Origin: Oculatellaceae cyanobacterium bins.114
GTDB taxonomy: Bacteria; Cyanobacteriota; Cyanobacteriia; Elainellales; Elainellaceae
Assembly: GCA_033764315.1 (NCBI GenBank)
Contig: JANRJA010000121.1
Coordinates: forward strand, 1 to 18,392
Direction: 5' to 3'
Length of the DNA: 18,392 nucleotides
In this document: piece by piece, positions 13,716-18,392 of the stretch
How positions within the stretch are numbered: the stretch's first letter is position 1
How the letters are laid out: each line of letters opens with the position of its first letter
The notes under the pieces: model-generated
Seen by the model: the letters and a program-made list of their open reading frames with translations, nothing else
Told to the model about the DNA's origin: nothing
The model's database searches: none
Made by a program: the position numbers and the translations under genes

Positions 13716-14810
13716 ATGCTTGGCAGATTTAGGCTTCGTTCGTTGAGAGGCTTTTTGTCTTTATTTTTAGTGGGAGTCGGCTTAACGGTGGCGATCGCTG
13801 CCTGCTCCCCATCCCCTGATACCTCTTCTTCTAGTCCAGCAGCGGGTTCCAGTCCTGCGGCAGCTGAACCCAAAGAGAGCGTTGAACTGACCCTCGTATC
13901 CTACGCTGTCACCCAAGCGGCTTACGAAAAAATTATTCCTCTGTTCACTGAAAAGTGGAAAGCAGAACAAAACCAGGAAGTCACCTTTAACCAGAGCTAC
14001 GGCGGTTCCGGTTCCCAAACTCGCGCTGTCATTGACGGTTTAGAAGCCGATGTAGTTGCCCTGGCACTCGCCCTTGATACCAAAAAGATTGAGGCTGCCG
14101 AGTTAATTCAACCGGGCTGGGAAGACGAAGCCCCGAATGGCTCGATTGTTCACAAATCGGTTGCGGCTCTGGTCACCCGCGATGGAAATCCCAAGGGGAT
14201 TCAAACCTGGGCTGATTTGGCAAAAGATGGAGTCAGTGTGGTTACAGCCAATCCTAAAACGTCGGGTGGGGCACGCTGGAACTTTTTGGGTGTGTGGGGT
14301 TCTGTGACTCAAACCGGAGGGTCTGAAGAACAGGCACTTGATTTGGCAACTAAGGTCTTTAAAAACGTCCCTGTGTTAACCAAAGACGCACGCGAATCGA
14401 CAGATGTGTTCTTTAAGCAGGGTCAGGGCGATGTGCTGATCAACTATGAAAATGAAGTGTTGTTAGCCAAGTTAAATGGTCAAGAGTTGCCCTACGTGTT
14501 GCCCGATGTCAACATCTCAATCGATAATCCAGTCACCGTCGTTGATGCTAATGTCGATAAGCATGGCACTCGTGAAGTGGCAGAAGCCTTTGTGCAGTTT
14601 CTCTTTACCCCTGAGGCACAACGTGAGTTTGCCAAAACAGGGTTCCGTCCAGCAGATGAGACTGTGGCTGAAGAGTTTGCATCTCAATACCCCAAAATCA
14701 ACACTCTATTCACCGTCACCGATTTGGGTGGTTGGGATGAGATTCAAGCCAAATTCTTTGAAGATGGTGCTGTCTTTGACAAAATTCAGTCAGAGCTTGG
14801 CAAAGCTTAA
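13716..14810 (+). CDS. sbpA: Sulfate ABC transporter substrate-binding lipoprotein
   Basis: Lipobox-like IAAC, LVSY, QSYGGSGSQ.RAVIDGLEADVV.LAL, NPKTSGGARWN and GDVLINYENE motifs. Confidence 0.96.
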   Translation: MLGRFRLRSLRGFLSLFLVGVGLTVAIAACSPSPDTSSSSPAAGSSPAAAEPKESVELTLVSYAVTQAAYEKIIPLFTEKWKAEQNQEVTFNQSYGGSGSQTRAVIDGLEADVVALALALDTKKIEAAELIQPGWEDEAPNGSIVHKSVAALVTRDGNPKGIQTWADLAKDGVSVVTANPKTSGGARWNFLGVWGSVTQTGGSEEQALDLATKVFKNVPVLTKDARESTDVFFKQGQGDVLINYENEVLLAKLNGQELPYVLPDVNISIDNPVTVVDANVDKHGTREVAEAFVQFLFTPEAQREFAKTGFRPADETVAEEFASQYPKINTLFTVTDLGGWDEIQAKFFEDGAVFDKIQSELGKA

Positions 14811-14828
14811 TTCTGATACTGTTCTTCA

Positions 14829-14914
14829 TGGGTGGGTTAGTTAATCTACTGAGCGATAGGCGATCTCCCCCAAAGGGAGAATTGCCTAGCATCGCCTGTC
14901 GCTCATTCCACCCA
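14829..14914 (+). other. Intercistronic stem-loop between sbpA and cysT
   Basis: TGAGCGATAGGCGAT (14850-14864) pairs with ATCGCCTGTCGCTCA (14891-14905). Inner CTCCC/GGGAG hairpin; outer TGGGTGG/CCACCCA pair. Confidence 0.75.
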
Positions 14915-14940
14915 GTTTTCACGTCTTACCTTCTAAATCC

Positions 14941-15804
14941 ATGACTGCTTCTCCTTCTGCTGCCCCCAATTCCAAATCCGATTCTCACTCTTTCTGGTAT
15001 CGGTTGACCCATCTTTCCCTCCCCTGGAAAGTCACCTGGGTTTACCTGAGTTTCATGTTATTCCTACCTGTAGTTGCAATGATGCTCAGGGCTAGCACGG
15101 TAGGGCCTGCTAAATTTTGGGAAATTGCAACCAGTGAGATTGCTCTCTCTACCTACAATGTGACATTTCTCACCTCTCTGGTTGCAGCGGCAATCAATGG
15201 GGTCTTTGGCACTTTGATTGCTTGGGTTTTGGTGCGCTATGAGTTTCCGGGTAAGCGCATTATTGATGCAGCCGTTGACCTGCCATTCGCCCTGCCAACC
15301 TCGGTTGCGGGGCTTACGCTTGCCACGGTTTATAGCGATAATGGCTGGCTTGGGTCACTTGTTGCTCCCTTTGGCATCAAAATCGCCTTTACTCGCTTAG
15401 GCGTAGGGGTGGCTATGGTGTTTATCTCACTGCCGTTTGTCGTACGTACTTTACAACCCGTCTTGCAAGAGATGGAAAAAGAGGTGGAAGAGTCTGCCTG
15501 GTGTTTAGGCGCATCCTCATGGCAAACTTTCTGGCGAGTAATTTTGCCCCCACTCGTTCCACCCATTTTGACAGGTGTAGCATTAGGATTTTCGCGTGCC
15601 GTTGGGGAATACGGTTCTACAGTGATTATTGCGGGTAACGTTCCATTTCAAGACTTGATTGCTCCAGTGCTGATTTTTCAGCGGTTAGAGCAATATGACT
15701 ACGCTGGAGCCACTGTTATCGGTTCGGTGTTGCTGCTGATTTCGCTGATTATGTTGCTCGTGATTAACGTATTACAAGCGTGGGGACATCGCTATGACAA
15801 CTGA
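14941..15804 (+). CDS. cysT: Sulfate ABC transporter permease CysT
   Basis: AWVLVRYEFPGK..DA.VDLPFALPTSVAG, LPFVVRTLQPVL, EESAWCLGAS and RAVGEYGS motifs. Confidence 0.96.
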   Translation: MTASPSAAPNSKSDSHSFWYRLTHLSLPWKVTWVYLSFMLFLPVVAMMLRASTVGPAKFWEIATSEIALSTYNVTFLTSLVAAAINGVFGTLIAWVLVRYEFPGKRIIDAAVDLPFALPTSVAGLTLATVYSDNGWLGSLVAPFGIKIAFTRLGVGVAMVFISLPFVVRTLQPVLQEMEKEVEESAWCLGASSWQTFWRVILPPLVPPILTGVALGFSRAVGEYGSTVIIAGNVPFQDLIAPVLIFQRLEQYDYAGATVIGSVLLLISLIMLLVINVLQAWGHRYDN

Positions 15805-16669
15805 TCTGACTCAATTTGGCGATCGCACCTCACCCCGCAAAACTGGAGCCTCCACTGAAAAGCCTTGGATCAAATGGGTGTTAATTGGCATTGCTATCTC
15901 TTACTTAGTGCTGCTTCTCTTTATTCCCGCTCTCAACGTCTTTGTTCAAGCCTTTAGCAATGGCATTGGCCCCTTCTTCCATAACCTAGTTGAGCGAGAT
16001 TTTCTATTTGCCGTCAAGCTCACGCTGATCATTGCTCTGATAGCTGTTCCACTCAACACCGTTTTTGGGTTGTGTGCTGCTTGGGTGATTGCTCGTCATC
16101 AGTTTCCGGGTCGCACCCTACTCCTGAGCATCATCGACATTCCCTTTGCGATTTCACCGGTCGTTGCGGGCTTGATGATTGTCCTACTCTATGGTCGCAA
16201 TGGTTGGTTTGGCCCCTTTTTAGAAGCCAGTGATATTAAAATCATCTTTGCAGTGCCAGGCATGGTTTTTGCCACCGCATTTGTCACCATGCCCTTTGTC
16301 GCCCGTGAGGTCATTCCAGTATTAGAAGAAGCCGGAGTCGATCAAGAAGAAGCAGCAAGAACCCTGGGTGCAACCGATTGGCAAATCTTTTGGCGCGTCA
16401 CCCTACCTAACATTCGTTGGGGATTGCTCTATGGCTTAATTTTGACAAACGCTAGAGCAATGGGCGAGTTTGGGGCTGTTTCAGTCGTGTCAGGCAACAT
16501 CGCTGGTAAGACCCAGACCTTGCCACTGTTTGTGGAAGAGGCTTATAAGCAATATCACACGACCTCTGCCTACTCAGCAGCCGTGCTGCTAGCGGGACTA
16601 GCGATCGTGACTCTGATTCTTAAAGAAATTCTAGAGCGCAAAACCCGCATTAGAGACGCTTCAGAATAG
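15794..16669 (+). CDS. cysW: Sulfate ABC transporter permease CysW
   Basis: PLNTVFG..AAW, DIPFAISPVVAGL, PFVAREVIPVL, EEAARTLGA and NARAMGEFGAVSVVSG motifs. 11-bp overlap with cysT. Confidence 0.96.
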   Translation: MTTDLTQFGDRTSPRKTGASTEKPWIKWVLIGIAISYLVLLLFIPALNVFVQAFSNGIGPFFHNLVERDFLFAVKLTLIIALIAVPLNTVFGLCAAWVIARHQFPGRTLLLSIIDIPFAISPVVAGLMIVLLYGRNGWFGPFLEASDIKIIFAVPGMVFATAFVTMPFVAREVIPVLEEAGVDQEEAARTLGATDWQIFWRVTLPNIRWGLLYGLILTNARAMGEFGAVSVVSGNIAGKTQTLPLFVEEAYKQYHTTSAYSAAVLLAGLAIVTLILKEILERKTRIRDASE

Positions 16670-16722
16670 ATCGTTCAAGACCAAACCCGATTCTAGATTT
16701 CATTTGAGTCAAGGAGGTGCTT

Positions 16723-17034
16723 ATGACCGTTCATTCCAATGATCCGGTAACACATCCATCAAACTATAGCGATACCCGCATTACTCAAACGCGGATTCGC
16801 ATTAGAATCCCCAAAACCTATCATCAAGAGCCAGTTATTTCTCGACTAGTCTCGCATCATGGGGTCACGGTCAATATTGCGGCGGCGTTGCTTGGAGCTA
16901 ACGCCCGTGACGATGGATGGTTTGATTTAGAGCTTCGAGGTCAGGCAAGCCAGATTCAGAGTGCCTTGACCTATCTCAATGAGTTAGATCTAGAAGTCTG
17001 GCAGGGTTCTGACCAAGAAAACGATGGATGGTAA
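16723..17034 (+). CDS. Stand-alone NIL-domain protein
   Basis: RIRIRIP....EPVISRLV....VTVNI..A.L....GWFDLEL.G...I..AL.YL pattern. AAGGAGG precedes ATG 16723. Confidence 0.85.
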   Translation: MTVHSNDPVTHPSNYSDTRITQTRIRIRIPKTYHQEPVISRLVSHHGVTVNIAAALLGANARDDGWFDLELRGQASQIQSALTYLNELDLEVWQGSDQENDGW

Positions 17035-17042
17035 GCCAAATA

Positions 17043-17106
17043 AGGATGAAGCAAGAAAGATAAAGGCTAGAACACCCATTCATCTTTTAGCCTTCATCCC
17101 TCATTC
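17043..17106. terminator. Imperfect inverted repeat between convergent genes; possible bidirectional terminator
   Basis: Purine arm AGGATGAAG..AAAGATAAAGGCTA faces pyrimidine arm CATCTTTTAGCCTTCATCCC (GGATGAAG/CTTCATCC, AAGGCTA/TAGCCTT). Confidence 0.45.
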
Positions 17107-17754
17107 TCATGCCATGCTGTTTTCGATCGCCCAGCGGGCTAATTCTGTGCGGTTATGTAAACCAGTTTTACCCAACATGTTGCTAACGTGGCTCTCAATG
17201 GTGCGCTGGCTAACGTTCAACTCCTCAGCAATCTCTCGATTGGCCATGCCTCGTGCCACAAACTGCACGACTCGCAGTTCGGTTGGAGTCAACTCTACAT
17301 CAAACGGCACCTGAATTTTGGGTCCGCCTTCTGACCCTTTATCTTGCCGTTGAATTAATCGAGATGCCTGTTTTAGTGAAGATTCTACCTGAGCGACCAG
17401 TTCTTCTGGCTCAAAGGGCTTCACCATATAGACATCGGCTCCAGTATTTAAGCCTTTTACCCGATCTTGACTCTGCCCCTTTGCAGAGAGAAACAGAACT
17501 GGAATCCAACTGGTTCGAGGGTCTTTTCTAACATGCTCAACAAGAGAATAGCCATCCATTTGTGGCATCATCACGTCACAAATAATCATGTCAGGGGTTT
17601 CTTTTTGCAGCACTTCTAGTGCTTCCTGACCGTTCTCTGCCGTGATCACCTCATAGCCACGAAACTCCAGGTAATCCTTGACTAGCAAAATTAGATTCGG
17701 ATCATCGTCAATTAGTAGTAACCGCTTATGATCGCCCACACTGGTTTCCTTCAT
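17107..17754 (-). CDS. NarL/LuxR-family response regulator (REC plus HTH); possibly in the Rre1/OrrA/Ycf29 group, orthology not resolved
   Basis: LLLIDDD, CDVMMP.MDG, FLSAK and KPF receiver motifs; LTPTE..V...VARG..N.EIAEEL.VSQRTIESHVSN LuxR-type HTH. Confidence 0.93.
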   Translation of the reverse strand: MKETSVGDHKRLLLIDDDPNLILLVKDYLEFRGYEVITAENGQEALEVLQKETPDMIICDVMMPQMDGYSLVEHVRKDPRTSWIPVLFLSAKGQSQDRVKGLNTGADVYMVKPFEPEELVAQVESSLKQASRLIQRQDKGSEGGPKIQVPFDVELTPTELRVVQFVARGMANREIAEELNVSQRTIESHVSNMLGKTGLHNRTELARWAIENSMA

Positions 17755-18392
17755 GCCTTATCACTCGCCAGCTCAGTCAACAGTAAGACCTGTAAACATG
17801 ATATCCAGTATCTATTACATACAACTGATTTATCTATGTTTACTTCAATTTCTTTCAACACTCTTTCAGCACCACGGTATTTCATCAGGAGGAGAAACAC
17901 TAAATTTGTTAAATCTATTCACGATGCAATTCTCACTATTTAAAGTTCCCCTTAAAGATGAGATTTAACCAGTCTTTTAACCAGTTTGTATGTTTACCCC
18001 TAATGGCAGATTATATCTGCTTTCTCAAGAGTCGGTAGGAATTGCATCTTGATATTAGCCAAGATATTAACCAGACTGACACCCCATCAACTCTTTGATA
18101 GAACAATCGAGTTTCGTGCAGATGCCATGTTGGATACCATGAAGCATCCTTAGAAATTTTGGGACTGTTCAAATCGGTAGATAGTTAATCAGTGGATTGG
18201 CTCTAGGGAACCTCGATTAATTCAGTTTTGACAAGTTGGGATCTCAAATGACACAGAAGGCCATCTGCTAGAAACACCATTTCCTTGAACTCCAGTTGGG
18301 CAAGGTTACTGGTGCAGCATGAATTAGGGAGGACTATCCCGTGTGTTCCCTTAACCTGCAGTTTGACGAGTCAACAAGGTGTAACGAATCAA

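Noticed and set aside
438-15566. Remaining 60-125 aa ORFs nested in or antisense to the called genes
   Set aside because: These are shadow ORFs of well-supported genes with no independent evidence.
17808-17822. Possible NtcA site GTA...TAC upstream of the response regulator
   Set aside because: The spacing is N9 rather than the N8 of the GTA-N8-TAC consensus.
17024-17968. Plus-strand ORFs 17024..17314, 17253..17531, 17728..17943 and 17753..17968
   Set aside because: They are antisense to the response regulator or lie in AT-rich promoter DNA, with no recognisable motifs.

Overview
Cyanobacterial DNA, with about 30 HIP1 GCGATCGC sites by eye. From left to right: the right end of an IS66-family element interrupting the 3' end of a pentapeptide-repeat gene; three tandem Uma2-family genes, two of which share an exact 122-bp 5' block; a four-gene cluster (sigma-70-like protein, DUF1822, CHAT protease-CHASE2 membrane protein, secreted DUF928); an AT-richer, HIP1-poor islet (thiopurine methyltransferase, SDR, GNAT) with decayed attC-like sites; an orphan ABC ATPase and a membrane protein; the sulfate operon sbpA-cysT-cysW followed by a stand-alone NIL-domain gene and no cysA; and a convergent NarL/LuxR response regulator. 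The best candidate for an uncharacterised system is the 3363-9327 cluster, which reads as a caspase-like-protease-based transmembrane sigma/anti-sigma signalling module. All family calls come from motif recognition by eye; no searches were run.
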